Source of the DNA: an uncultured Candidatus Saccharibacteria bacterium | GTDB lineage: Bacteria; Patescibacteriota; Minisyncoccia; Phycocordibacterales; UBA9973 | Direction: 5' to 3' | Length of the DNA: 64,000 nucleotides | Assembly: GCA_964645245.1 (NCBI GenBank) | Contig: CAZYBS010000001.1 | Location: 526-64,525, forward strand | The notes under the pieces: model-generated | Database searches by the model: none | What the model saw: the letters and a program-made list of their open reading frames with translations, nothing else | What the model was told of the DNA's origin: nothing | Made by a program: the position numbers and the translations under genes | Shown: piece after piece, positions 1 through 8,880 of the stretch | Layout of the letters: each line of letters opens with the position of its first letter | How positions within the stretch are numbered: the first letter of the stretch is position 1

Positions 1-156
1 CTCTCATTTTGTGCAACTGTTCTACTCTTTTCCTAATAGCTTCTGATCGTGTCTCCTGTCCTGGTATAGATTCTGGCATAAAATTTATTTACATTTTAAC
101 TTTAATAATTTCGACTGCCTGGCCATATTATAGACCCAACAATAAAATATGCAACC

Positions 157-363
157 TTCCTCCCCTCCTTAATCAAGGAGGGGTTCGGGGTGGTAACTCA
201 AAAATAACTCCAGAATCACCACCTCGCCCCAGTAAATCTTGGGGCACTCCTCCTCAACAAGAAGGAGGAGAGGAATTCATCCACCTCCCCCTTCGGGTAC
301 TCCTCAAGAGGAGAATACAAAAAAGATGTCCCCGCCCGTACCGAACGGTACGTTCGGGCGGGA
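157..363. repeat. cluster of GC-rich palindromic mini-elements (family 1 at 157-194 and 247-300; family-2-like at 331-363)
   Basis: cccctccttaatcaaggagggg; cctcctcaacaagaaggagg; cccgcccgtaccgaacggtacgttcgggcggg; the 9-371 ORF is their translation. Confidence 0.7.
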
Positions 364-408
364 AGGAATGACATCTTTTTTACTTGAAATTAATTTAAAA
401 AATCTCAA

Positions 409-1104
409 TTATTGTCTGTGAGACACCTCTTCTCCGAGCTTGGCAATAAAGCGCGCCGCCGCGTCTCTAGCCCCCAAACCGAAAGCCAGGGCGCCACCCA
501 GTGCCAGCATCGCGATGATTCCGGTGAAAAGAACACTCATGTAGTACTCCGCAACGCCGAGTTGCCCTAAGGCAATAATGAAAGCAAAGACCCAGACAGC
601 ATACTTAGCAACAGCGCCAAGTAAGTTGGCTGATCTAAGATTCATAGTTCTGGCAGAGGCTGTAGCTGCCGAAGAAAGAGCTTCGGAGACAATTGTCGCA
701 ATTACCAGGACCAGAGCAGCCACGACAACCCTCGGTAGAAAACCCAACACGTCATCTTTCAGGAAAGATGCGATATAATCCAGGCCGACCAAGCTAAGTG
801 AAGGAAGAAGAAAAACAACGACAACGAACCACTTCACTACTTGTCCGATAAAGTATCCAGTATCAAGAGTCATTCCCGCTTTTCTGAAGAAGTCATCTGC
901 TCCAACAGAAGCAAAAAGTCTATCTATCTTCAGGGTACTGAAAACTTGCTCGAGAGCTCGAGCAATAACATTACCTAAAAGCCAACCTATAATAAATAAA
1001 ACAACCGCGACAACAAGCTTCGGAGTAAATTGAACGAAGCCCCACCACAAACTTTGAAGTGATGAATTAAAAACATCGCCCCATGTAAGCCAAATATTAT
1101 TCAT
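409..1104 (-). CDS. multi-pass membrane protein, conserved TM-helix repeat family (MscS-like small channel)
   Basis: 231-aa ORF, several hydrophobic helices, repeated TM-helix architecture; putative promoter with GAGTTATCCACA motif plus TATAAT upstream. Confidence 0.5.
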   Translation of the reverse strand: MNNIWLTWGDVFNSSLQSLWWGFVQFTPKLVVAVVLFIIGWLLGNVIARALEQVFSTLKIDRLFASVGADDFFRKAGMTLDTGYFIGQVVKWFVVVVFLLPSLSLVGLDYIASFLKDDVLGFLPRVVVAALVLVIATIVSEALSSAATASARTMNLRSANLLGAVAKYAVWVFAFIIALGQLGVAEYYMSVLFTGIIAMLALGGALAFGLGARDAAARFIAKLGEEVSHRQ

Positions 1105-1208
1105 AATATTGATAATCTCCGCCAGAGGCGGATCAGCCTATGGCTGAAATAAAAGCACTTTGTTAAGTTTCGACCTTATTAAAGTTCTAACCTACATTAT
1201 ATCAAATC

Positions 1209-1790
1209 CTAGCCCTTTTTTAAGGCTTGTGTGGATAACTCCTTAACCTCTAAAAGAACCTCATGTGGGTAATCAAGGATATCTCGGACAAGTTTATCAT
1301 ACATATTGAGCCTATAAATAAACTCTTTTGTGTCAAAAATAGCATAAACAAGCTCTGCACCAATTTCGGCCTCAAGCCTGCGAATCCCCTTTTCAATCTT
1401 GCCTCGCTTCATTTTATCCCCGACAATCAATAAATCCACTCGGCTATCATCCTTTTTAATAAAGATGCCAGAAACTACAACAAGCTTTACCCGCCCAACT
1501 TTTTTAAAATTGTCTAAAATAGTCTGTTTATTCAAACTATCAGACCTTACCAAAAGATCTTCAAATTTTTCCGCATATTTAAAAAAAGAATTAAAAAACC
1601 AATCCAAAGCACGCCTTTTAATAAAATTAACGGAAGAAAGCAACCTGAGTTCCCGACGAACGATAAGAGGACTGACCCGGCTGCGCTTGACAATATCCTT
1701 ATTCTTGAAACCCTTACCTTTATTGAGTAGGAATAGCCTCATTATTTTTACTCTGGCTCCATTGCCCAGTATTTTTCCCAAAATTTCCAT
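1209..1790 (-). CDS. hypothetical protein, possible N-terminal winged-helix
   Basis: 193-aa ORF, basic N-terminus (KNKDIVKRSRVSPLIVRRELRLL); no recognisable catalytic motif. Confidence 0.4.
   Translation of the reverse strand: MEILGKILGNGARVKIMRLFLLNKGKGFKNKDIVKRSRVSPLIVRRELRLLSSVNFIKRRALDWFFNSFFKYAEKFEDLLVRSDSLNKQTILDNFKKVGRVKLVVVSGIFIKKDDSRVDLLIVGDKMKRGKIEKGIRRLEAEIGAELVYAIFDTKEFIYRLNMYDKLVRDILDYPHEVLLEVKELSTQALKKG
1230..1241 (-). promoter_or_regulatory. GAGTTATCCACA (DnaA-box-like) upstream element, 28 nt before TATAAT (promoter of 409-1104)
   Basis: minus-strand reading gagttatccacacaagccttaaaaaagggctaggatttgatataat. Confidence 0.45.
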
Positions 1791-1822
1791 ATATGTGTAT
1801 TATAATGATTTTTCAAGAAAAA

Positions 1823-3544
1823 TCAATGCTGGTAAAAACCCCTGGCTTCCGAGTCGGGAAGCATTATTAAATTCACGCCTTTTGTCCTGCAAAGCTCTAT
1901 TATTTTCTCATCATTGACTGAACCGCTGGTGGAAAAAATCGTTTTTATTCCACGACCGATGAGCACTTCCGGCGCGTCCGGAAAAGGAAAGAAGCTGTCG
2001 CTGTATGCGACAGCTTCTTTCAAATCCGCTATAGTTTCGGATTTAGGAGCTAAGCTCCCAAAAGGGAGCTTAGCTCCTAAATCGTTAGCAAATGCTGCCG
2101 CCTCATCGGCACGGAAAATAGCCAGCTTGGCCGCCCCGACGCGGTCTTGCTGTCCAACACCGTTGCCATAAAGTCTGCCGCCTTTGACTAAAGTAATAGT
2201 ATTGCTATTTGAGGTTGAGCCGATAGCCCAAGCAAGCACTGCGTCCTTGCTCTCAATCGCCGGCACAAAAGTATAATTGGGCTGTTCCATAAAGCCGCCC
2301 CGGACATAACGGAACCTTCTGGCATTATCTAAGGCAGACAATCCTGCTTTTAAAATGCCGCGGTTTGCTAAAAGCCGACATTTGCCTCCTTTACGAGAGA
2401 GAATTTGTTTTGCTTCTTCCGAGAATGACGGCGCGGCAACAACATCAAGCAGCCGTCTATTCGTTCCGGCATATTTGTGTATCAATTCTTCGGCTATTTT
2501 TTCATCAACATTAAAATTAAGCATTACCGAGCCGCCGAAAATTGCGCGCAGATCTCCCAATAGCATTTTGCCAATGGCATCGAGCCCTGACTCTCCTGTG
2601 CCTGCTCCGCAGGCATTGCCGTGCTTTGCCCCAATGGCAACACTTGACACTTCGCCGAAATTTTTTTCAAATCCAGCGCCAATGTGCGTCATCGTCTGCA
2701 TCATTCTGTCCAAATCGCAAATATTATTATAGGAAAGAGGGCTTCCGGCAACCAGAGCCCAATTATGAATCGCAAGCTTATCTTCACTAGCTGGGTCTTG
2801 CCTAGCTAGTTTGTACAAACTGGCAGGTTTTTGATAGGCATTTTCGCCGTATAATAAGGATTCTAAATTCCCGCCCGAACGACTAACGTCATCCAGTCGG
2901 GCGGGCTTCTTCCCAAAAATTCCTTTGTATTCGCCTTTACCATGATATTCACCTGAGACAGAGCAATATCTCGCAATTAATATCTCTGCTTTAGCAGCCA
3001 AATCATTTAAAAATTCTTCGCGATTGGGCTCGCCATTTTTGAGCCACTTAAGTACTGCTGCTCTATCAGAAGGTTCGCAAATTGTGATACGTCGCCCCTT
3101 CGCGCTTGAACGAATTAAAGCCACTCCACCCATATCCGTTTTTTCCAGTACCCCTTTCCTTCCTCCCCCTACGTAGGGGGAGGTGCCAGGGGCGGAGGGG
3201 GCATATTTTGCAATTTCTTCTTCGAGCGGGTACAGATCTACGCACACCAAATCAATCCAAGGAATGTCATATTTTTCAAGTTCAGCCAAGTGCTCGGGTG
3301 TGTCTAAGGCCAAAAGTCCGCCGTGAATCTTTGGATGAAGAGTCACAACACGATGACCTAAAATAGCGGGAAATCCGGTAATATCTGCCACATCGGTAAC
3401 GCTTACTCCAGCATCAGATAAATGCTTGGCCGTACCGCCGGAAGAAATGATTTTCCAGCCTAAATTTGCCAAACTTTGAGCAAAGTCCGCGATACCCGTT
3501 TTGTCATATACAGAAATTAGCGCTATTTTCTGTCTTTGTTCCAT
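1823..3544 (-). CDS. purH: bifunctional AICAR transformylase / IMP cyclohydrolase PurH
   Basis: MGS-like N-terminal domain (ALISVYDKTG...GGTAK) followed by AICARFT domain; 573 aa, lengthened by two in-frame palindromic insertions. Confidence 0.9.
   Translation of the reverse strand: MEQRQKIALISVYDKTGIADFAQSLANLGWKIISSGGTAKHLSDAGVSVTDVADITGFPAILGHRVVTLHPKIHGGLLALDTPEHLAELEKYDIPWIDLVCVDLYPLEEEIAKYAPSAPGTSPYVGGGRKGVLEKTDMGGVALIRSSAKGRRITICEPSDRAAVLKWLKNGEPNREEFLNDLAAKAEILIARYCSVSGEYHGKGEYKGIFGKKPARLDDVSRSGGNLESLLYGENAYQKPASLYKLARQDPASEDKLAIHNWALVAGSPLSYNNICDLDRMMQTMTHIGAGFEKNFGEVSSVAIGAKHGNACGAGTGESGLDAIGKMLLGDLRAIFGGSVMLNFNVDEKIAEELIHKYAGTNRRLLDVVAAPSFSEEAKQILSRKGGKCRLLANRGILKAGLSALDNARRFRYVRGGFMEQPNYTFVPAIESKDAVLAWAIGSTSNSNTITLVKGGRLYGNGVGQQDRVGAAKLAIFRADEAAAFANDLGAKLPFGSLAPKSETIADLKEAVAYSDSFFPFPDAPEVLIGRGIKTIFSTSGSVNDEKIIELCRTKGVNLIMLPDSEARGFYQH
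2870..2905. repeat. family-2 palindrome (variant loop) in-frame in purH
   Basis: cccgcccgaacgactaacgtcatccagtcgggcggg. Confidence 0.75.
3151..3202. repeat. family-1 GC palindrome inserted in-frame in purH
   Basis: cctccccctacgtagggggagg plus flanking G/C runs; encodes KYAPSAPGTSPYVGGGRKG absent from canonical PurH. Confidence 0.75.
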
Positions 3545-3550
3545 ATTGAA

Positions 3551-3925
3551 TTACTTTAATTCCACTTTCCCTCCGGCTGTTTCAATTTTTTTCTTAAGTT
3601 CTTCAGCTTCGGCTTTCTTCATTCCCGCTTTTAAGGTTCCCGGAGCGGCATCAACCAAATCTTTGGCATCCTTCAGTCCGAGACCCAAGACTTCTTTTAC
3701 GATTTTCATCACCGCAATTTTCTGTTCACCGGCAGATGCCAGAACGGCAGTAAAAGTATTTTGCTCCTCCTTTGCCTCGCTCGCCTCGCTGTCGCTTTGG
3801 CGAAGCGGGCCGGAGCCTTGAGCAGACACTCCAAACTTTTCCTCCAATGCCCTGACAAGCTCATGTAAGTCCAATACGGACATAGTTTCTATTTTTTCTA
3901 TAAGGTCTTTAAATTTTTCTGACAT
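3551..3925 (-). CDS. rplL: 50S ribosomal protein L7/L12
   Basis: 124 aa, conserved C-terminal domain KIAVMKIVKEVLGLGLKDAKDLVD...GGKVELK. Confidence 0.9.
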   Translation of the reverse strand: MSEKFKDLIEKIETMSVLDLHELVRALEEKFGVSAQGSGPLRQSDSEASEAKEEQNTFTAVLASAGEQKIAVMKIVKEVLGLGLKDAKDLVDAAPGTLKAGMKKAEAEELKKKIETAGGKVELK

Positions 3926-3936
3926 AATTCTAATTA

Positions 3937-4419
3937 TTAGTTTTTAATTTTTGCTATTTCATTCAACACAATAGCAAGGCGCTGTATTGGAGAATTAACA
4001 AGATTCACGAACTGCGCGTATAGAATTTCCCGACTTGGAATCATTGCCAGCTCCATCATCTTTTCTTTGCCAATAAATTTCCCCTCAAAAATTCCACCCA
4101 AAATATTCAGGACTCCTTTGTGAGTTTTTTGGAAATTATAGACTCCGCGCGGTGAGGCAATAGCATCTTTCGAGTACGCAATGGCAACCTCGCCGGCAAG
4201 TTCTGGAATTTCACCTTCCGCTTTTCCTTTCAACGCACGGGCCAGAAGTGTTTTTCTAGAAACTTTATAGCTCACCCCTTTCTTTCGGAGATCTCGACGC
4301 AGTATCGTCTCGTCGCTTACTTTCAGGCCATGAAAATTTACGAAGACGAGAGACTCGCTTTCTTGTATTGCTCCTTCGAGATCCCTTATCATTTCTTCTT
4401 TTTTTGATTTTTGTAACAT
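3937..4419 (-). CDS. rplJ: 50S ribosomal protein L10
   Basis: 160 aa, L10 fold, immediately upstream of rplL. Confidence 0.9.
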   Translation of the reverse strand: MLQKSKKEEMIRDLEGAIQESESLVFVNFHGLKVSDETILRRDLRKKGVSYKVSRKTLLARALKGKAEGEIPELAGEVAIAYSKDAIASPRGVYNFQKTHKGVLNILGGIFEGKFIGKEKMMELAMIPSREILYAQFVNLVNSPIQRLAIVLNEIAKIKN

Positions 4420-4700
4420 GATATTTTGAAACTAAAAAACGGCTCGCGCCGTCAAAGATATCGACCCACTAAACAGGACTTATTTTACCCGCCATAGCTT
4501 TAGCGACGGAGGGTTGTGCCTATCTTCTTTGCGGTAAATTCACTATAGCACAGACATTTTACTTTGCAACTGTATTATTTAGCGCATCTTTCTGCTCATT
4601 TCCTTGGTCAAAATGACTCACCAAAAAAACTCCAACGAGGCCCAAGACTATCATTCCGGTAAAAATAATCAGAGTCTTAAAAAAGTGTTTGGTCACAATT
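4420..4700 (-). promoter_or_regulatory. rplJ 5' leader (putative L10 autoregulatory leader) with extended -10 (tgatataat) near 4700
   Basis: ~275-nt untranslated, GC-richer structured region between a TGnTATAAT-like box and the rplJ start; typical position of the L10 leader. Confidence 0.4.
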
Positions 4701-4724
4701 TAATTATATCATAAACCTTGCAGT

Positions 4725-4916
4725 TTAACGATATCCTTTGCTCCATAAGATGATGGCCAGAATAATGGACAAGAGAAGCAAAGAGTGCCAGTAGTCCCAA
4801 TGCGAATATACTCTTCTTTTCTTTAGAAAATCTGCGAACATCTTATTCCCTTCCAGAAAAATAATGAGGGGCAAAATGGCTATCATATACCAAATTTTAA
4901 AAAGAATCATAAACAT
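4725..4916 (-). CDS. small hydrophobic membrane protein (hypothetical)
   Basis: 63-aa ORF with two predicted TM helices. Confidence 0.3.
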   Translation of the reverse strand: MFMILFKIWYMIAILPLIIFLEGNKMFADFLKKRRVYSHWDYWHSLLLLSIILAIILWSKGYR

Positions 4917-4944
4917 ATGTTAATTATAGCATATTGGGAATCAT

Positions 4945-6975
4945 CTAAATATCCGAATCTGACCAGACATCAGAATTATTGCGATGCAGACGGGCAAAAC
5001 TATAGGGAGCGTTAGGTACACATGCCACGCCAATTGCCGGTGCACAATTTGTTCCTGTTCCTGTTAAAAAAGTAGCAACATAGTACCAACCTACATAATT
5101 CGCATAACCAGCCGAACCTGAAAATTTTTGTCCATTACCCATAGCGGTATAAGAACTGCCAGAACAAGAAAAAACTTCAACTGGGCCAATTGGAGACTCA
5201 TTCATAAAGTTATAAGAATTATCAGTATCTGAAATAGCGTACATTACACGACTGCCTGAGTTAGCGACACAAGACAAAATAATATCTTGGGTAAATTCCC
5301 CAGTACTGGCAAAGGTGGGAAAAATTTGGATGGCAGAATTAGCTACCTGTCCATTAATTATTAGAGTATTCGCAGCTACTGTGGTATAAGCAACATTTGA
5401 ATTACCAACGGCATCGGTCAAGATAACGCTAGCTGGAACAGTGCCGGATGCCCTGTTGGTATTTCCGGAAACCACAGTGTAAGTAGCTGTGTAAATATTA
5501 CCTCCGGCATTTGTAAATCCAGTGGTCGCTACTCCATTAACAGTAATTGTTCCAGCGGTATAGTTCGCACCATCAGCCGTAATGGTTAAAGTAACAGTGC
5601 CACCGACTCCTTTAGAGCCAGAATTCGGAGTAAGAGTCAGGGCAGAAATCACAGGCGGGGTGGTGTCAGCCGGTGCTGGTGTCGGGTATGGTGTCGCATA
5701 TGGTGTTGAATATGGAGTCGAGTATGGTGTTTGGTAAGGCAATGGCAGATTGGCTGCCGCTACGCCGCCGCCGCCAGGCAAGAGACTGGGGTGGGAGATT
5801 TCTGGTACAACCCCCTCGGATTCCCCCTTGTCAGGGGGAACTGCCTCCCCTGATAAGGGGAGGTCAGGAGGGGTTTTTTCGGTATCTGCTATGGGAACAT
5901 TATCGACAACCGGTTTAGCTCCGACGCTTTCAGTCGGAGTCCCAACTTTAGTCGGGAGATTTTCTTTGGTAGAATTTTCGGTAGGTTCGGAGGAAGTGTC
6001 CTGTGACGCAGGAATACCGGCAAGAATTACAGCTGCGGCATTATTGGGGTTTTTATTAGTAAAAGACTTAGCAAAAGAATATGCATTTGACGCTATTTGT
6101 ATTACTTTATTTCCAATGGCCAAGCCAACCTTCTTAACTGTATTTTTTGCCAGAGCAATACCAGCCTTGCCAGAATCAATCGGATGATCAACAAAAGACA
6201 GCAGATTTCTTTGTAATTCATGCGCAAAGGTAACTGCGGGAGGATTTATGCATGGCATATACACATTTTGCATATTATTTGTTTGAAGTTTTTCAAGCGA
6301 CGATTCTATATCGGAAACAATTTTCGCGCCTTGATATTTTAAGTAAACGTCGGAAAAACTGTGACCGTCAGGGTCATCTGACAGCTGAAACAGAATATGG
6401 GTATTGGGTGGCAATATTTTAAGTACACGCCCGACACGCGCAGCGATAACTCTATCTGTATCGGAAGTTATGTAATTTCCTCCTCCGGCCACATGGGAAG
6501 CCGGAGTGGCCACGCCATATACACCAATGGACTCTCTCGGGATAGAGGCTAAGCCTCTATCTGTAACTTTATCGTAAAAATTATTGGCATAAAAGTTGCC
6601 TTGGGAATGGCCGACCAGTAATAATTTTTGAGTGGTGACCTTTTGACTGGCATCATTCCACATTTCGATCAGATCATAATCGGATTTTTCATCAAAAAGT
6701 CCTTGCTGTACGGCGTCTATGAGATCAAGAGCTCCGCCGGCGTGGGATGGGTTATGAAGAAAATCTATAGTTACAAATTCATTTTTGTATATTTTTGTTA
6801 ACTTATCTTCAAGAGCTTTTTTATTTTCTTGTGCTCCTCTTTGGTCAGTATTTATTCCGTTGATTGTAAAAATAGAATATCCAACAGGTGAACAAGCCCC
6901 CACCTGAGCAAAAACAAAACTAGGTAATAAAGATATGATTAGCGCAAAAATAACTAATTTAAAAAACAAGGTCAT
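4945..6975 (-). CDS. secreted alpha/beta-hydrolase (lipase/esterase-like, GHSQG nucleophile elbow) with Pro/Thr-rich linker and C-terminal Ig-like domains
   Basis: signal peptide MTLFFKLVIFALIISLLPSFVFA (start moved to internal Met to avoid overlap with the upstream gene), GXSXG motif GHSQG, PYxTPY repeats, beta-rich C-terminus; carries an in-frame GC-palindrome insertion at 5811-5880. Confidence 0.55.
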   Translation of the reverse strand: MTLFFKLVIFALIISLLPSFVFAQVGACSPVGYSIFTINGINTDQRGAQENKKALEDKLTKIYKNEFVTIDFLHNPSHAGGALDLIDAVQQGLFDEKSDYDLIEMWNDASQKVTTQKLLLVGHSQGNFYANNFYDKVTDRGLASIPRESIGVYGVATPASHVAGGGNYITSDTDRVIAARVGRVLKILPPNTHILFQLSDDPDGHSFSDVYLKYQGAKIVSDIESSLEKLQTNNMQNVYMPCINPPAVTFAHELQRNLLSFVDHPIDSGKAGIALAKNTVKKVGLAIGNKVIQIASNAYSFAKSFTNKNPNNAAAVILAGIPASQDTSSEPTENSTKENLPTKVGTPTESVGAKPVVDNVPIADTEKTPPDLPLSGEAVPPDKGESEGVVPEISHPSLLPGGGGVAAANLPLPYQTPYSTPYSTPYATPYPTPAPADTTPPVISALTLTPNSGSKGVGGTVTLTITADGANYTAGTITVNGVATTGFTNAGGNIYTATYTVVSGNTNRASGTVPASVILTDAVGNSNVAYTTVAANTLIINGQVANSAIQIFPTFASTGEFTQDIILSCVANSGSRVMYAISDTDNSYNFMNESPIGPVEVFSCSGSSYTAMGNGQKFSGSAGYANYVGWYYVATFLTGTGTNCAPAIGVACVPNAPYSFARLHRNNSDVWSDSDI
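5811..5880. repeat. family-1 GC palindromes (two hairpins) in-frame in hydrolase gene
   Basis: tcccccttgtcaggggga and cctcccctgataaggggagg followed by ggaggggtttttt. Confidence 0.75.
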
Positions 6976-6979
6976 TACT

Positions 6980-7600
6980 TTAGTTTGGTAAAGTGGAATA
7001 ATCAATATCACAAATTATATCTAATGAATTATAACTACTTAGATTTTTATAAAAATCAGCCTGTGCTTGATCTCTCGCTTTTGTATTAATTTGTAGTTTT
7101 TTAATAAAATTAATAAATACCTTAATTTTCTCCATATCAGTATCACTTCTGGACGACTCAGGACTTTTTCTTGGCACAAGAGTATCACTGACACAGGAAC
7201 TGGCTCTGTCTTCTTCACGAATTACCTCTGTTACCGTTTCTTTATTTACTATCGGTTGTATAAACTCCATCTGCAACGCCAGTGCATACTGCAAAAGGAC
7301 GGCGCGGGTTTTGGCGGAGTTGGGATATTCTTTGAAAATAGCCAGTTCAACGTCGTCACGAATGCCGTTATTATTGGCATCAATGCCTGGCACCGTTTTA
7401 TCCGCATCGGCGCCGGGGTCCGGCGGAAGATTTTCGCCCAGCACGTCAGAAAACTGGAGTTTGGTGGCGTGAATTTTCGCCACCTGCTCTTTGGTCTTTT
7501 CCTCTTCCAGACGAAACGGCAGTCTGATGATTTCCGCCAGAATAAATAAACTTACTAAAACAATCCCCGTCCATTTTAATATTTTTAATGTTTTATTCAT
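6980..7600 (-). CDS. hypothetical membrane-anchored protein
   Basis: 206-aa ORF with N-terminal TM anchor. Confidence 0.45.
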   Translation of the reverse strand: MNKTLKILKWTGIVLVSLFILAEIIRLPFRLEEEKTKEQVAKIHATKLQFSDVLGENLPPDPGADADKTVPGIDANNNGIRDDVELAIFKEYPNSAKTRAVLLQYALALQMEFIQPIVNKETVTEVIREEDRASSCVSDTLVPRKSPESSRSDTDMEKIKVFINFIKKLQINTKARDQAQADFYKNLSSYNSLDIICDIDYSTLPN

Positions 7601-8005
7601 TTATGAATTATATAATACTTTATATTAAAAATAGAGCAGGCCGGCGCTTGAAAGCTGCCGGCCTGAGATTTCTCGCCGCAGACGTAAGTGTTATGTATCT
7701 ACTATATGAGGGGGATGGCAACCCCTCACGCAGGACATTCCTCACCATCCACGGCGAGATTTGTTGGAGAGAGGCTAAAACTAGCCCTCAATCTCCGATG
7801 TCTATTCCGAAGAACTTGTACGCCGCGGACTGGGGGCCCAAGCCCAGCGCGATAATCGCCTCTCGCCCCCCGGTGAGAAACGCCATACCACGCTAAACAC
7901 CCCAGTCCACGGCTGATTTATCTTCGCATGTGAAGTATGCCCTTGTCAATGAAAACAAGCACAACAAAAATACAGAGGATTATCCTCTGTATTTTTGTTC
8001 AGCTC

Positions 8006-8120
8006 GCCTCTTCCCCCTCTCCTTGAACCCCTTTGTATTCCCCCTTATCAGGGGGAAATCATTTGTCTCCCCTGATAAGGGGAGGTCAGGAGGGGTTGGA
8101 GAGGGGCTGGGGAGAGGTCG
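8006..8120. repeat. intergenic tandem cluster of family-1 GC palindromes
   Basis: cccccttatcaggggga, ctcccctgataaggggag, ggaggggttggagaggggctggggagagg. Confidence 0.8.
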
Positions 8121-8123
8121 TTT

Positions 8124-8573
8124 CTATTTCTGAATCAGAATCGCAGCGACGTTTTGCGATTTGTCGCAATCCACATACCAAGTCGCCGGCAAGGTTAGGC
8201 TGGAGAGCTTCACTATCTTAAAACCATACGCCTTGATAGAAAACACGGAACCGACTTTGACAGCGCGGGAAATAGGAGCGCGGTTGTCAATCATAATATT
8301 CGTATTGTTCTTGTAAGTGACATTAGCCGGAGTTGCTCGGCACTCTTGGTCAAGCTGCAGACGAGCGTCTTTATATTTTACTAGAGCCTGCGCATAGCTA
8401 ATTGACGTTGCCGGAAATGTAACATTGACGCTGCCATCGTTTGCATTCTCCACAGAATCTGTGGGCTGATTGGTATAAGTGGGAACAGGATTCTTCTTCA
8501 CTAGCCAGAATCCGTAGATGACAAGGATTAAAACGATAACTAAGATAAAAACCGGACTATCGCCTTTATTCAT
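8124..8573 (-). CDS. hypothetical membrane-anchored/secreted protein
   Basis: 149-aa ORF with N-terminal hydrophobic anchor VFILVIVLILVIYGFWLV. Confidence 0.45.
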   Translation of the reverse strand: MNKGDSPVFILVIVLILVIYGFWLVKKNPVPTYTNQPTDSVENANDGSVNVTFPATSISYAQALVKYKDARLQLDQECRATPANVTYKNNTNIMIDNRAPISRAVKVGSVFSIKAYGFKIVKLSSLTLPATWYVDCDKSQNVAAILIQK

Positions 8574-8596
8574 GCTGTTTATTATAACACAAATTC

Positions 8597-8648
8597 ACCT
8601 CACCCCTTCCCCCTCTCCTTAATAAGGGGAGGGGCTGGGGAGGGGTTA
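8597..8648. repeat. family-1 GC palindrome directly downstream of giant gene stop
   Basis: cctcaccccttccccctctccttaataaggggaggggctggggaggggt. Confidence 0.8.
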
Positions 8649-8650
8649 GA

Positions 8651-8880
8651 TTACTTCGCCATAGCGTTCATCAAAGCTTTTGTTTTCTTGCCGATCAGGC
8701 CGTCAGCTTTCAGGCCATTGTCCTTTTGCCATTGCTTGATAACAGCAATGGTCTTGGGACCGAGTTTGCCATCCAGGACTAGACCCAGATTCAAGACTTT
8801 GTTCAAGAATCTTTGCAGCTCCTTGACCGGTTCACCTTTGCTGCCGCTCTTCAGAGTGACGGTGCCGAAATTGTAGGGTG
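8651..8880 (-). repeat. peptidoglycan-binding-domain 3' cassette, copy 1 (end of giant gene)
   Basis: ~230 bp ~93% identical to 15744-15970. Confidence 0.8.

Noticed and set aside
9-371. 120-aa + strand ORF at the window start
   Set aside because: Its sequence (PPLLNQGGVRGG..., HLPLRVLLKRR...) is the translation of the clustered GC palindromic repeats at 157-363; no other coding signal.
4584-4696. 46-aa GTG-initiated hydrophobic ORF in the rplJ leader
   Set aside because: Lies within the expected L10 leader transcript; too short and without a clear RBS to call.
7620-7935. tmRNA / RNase P RNA / SRP RNA in the GC-rich intergenic block
   Set aside because: None of the invariant blocks (RNase P GGAAAGUCCGG / ACAGAA(A/C)CCGGCUUA, tmRNA tag ORF and CCA-end T-arm, SRP GGAAGCAGCC) are visible on either strand.
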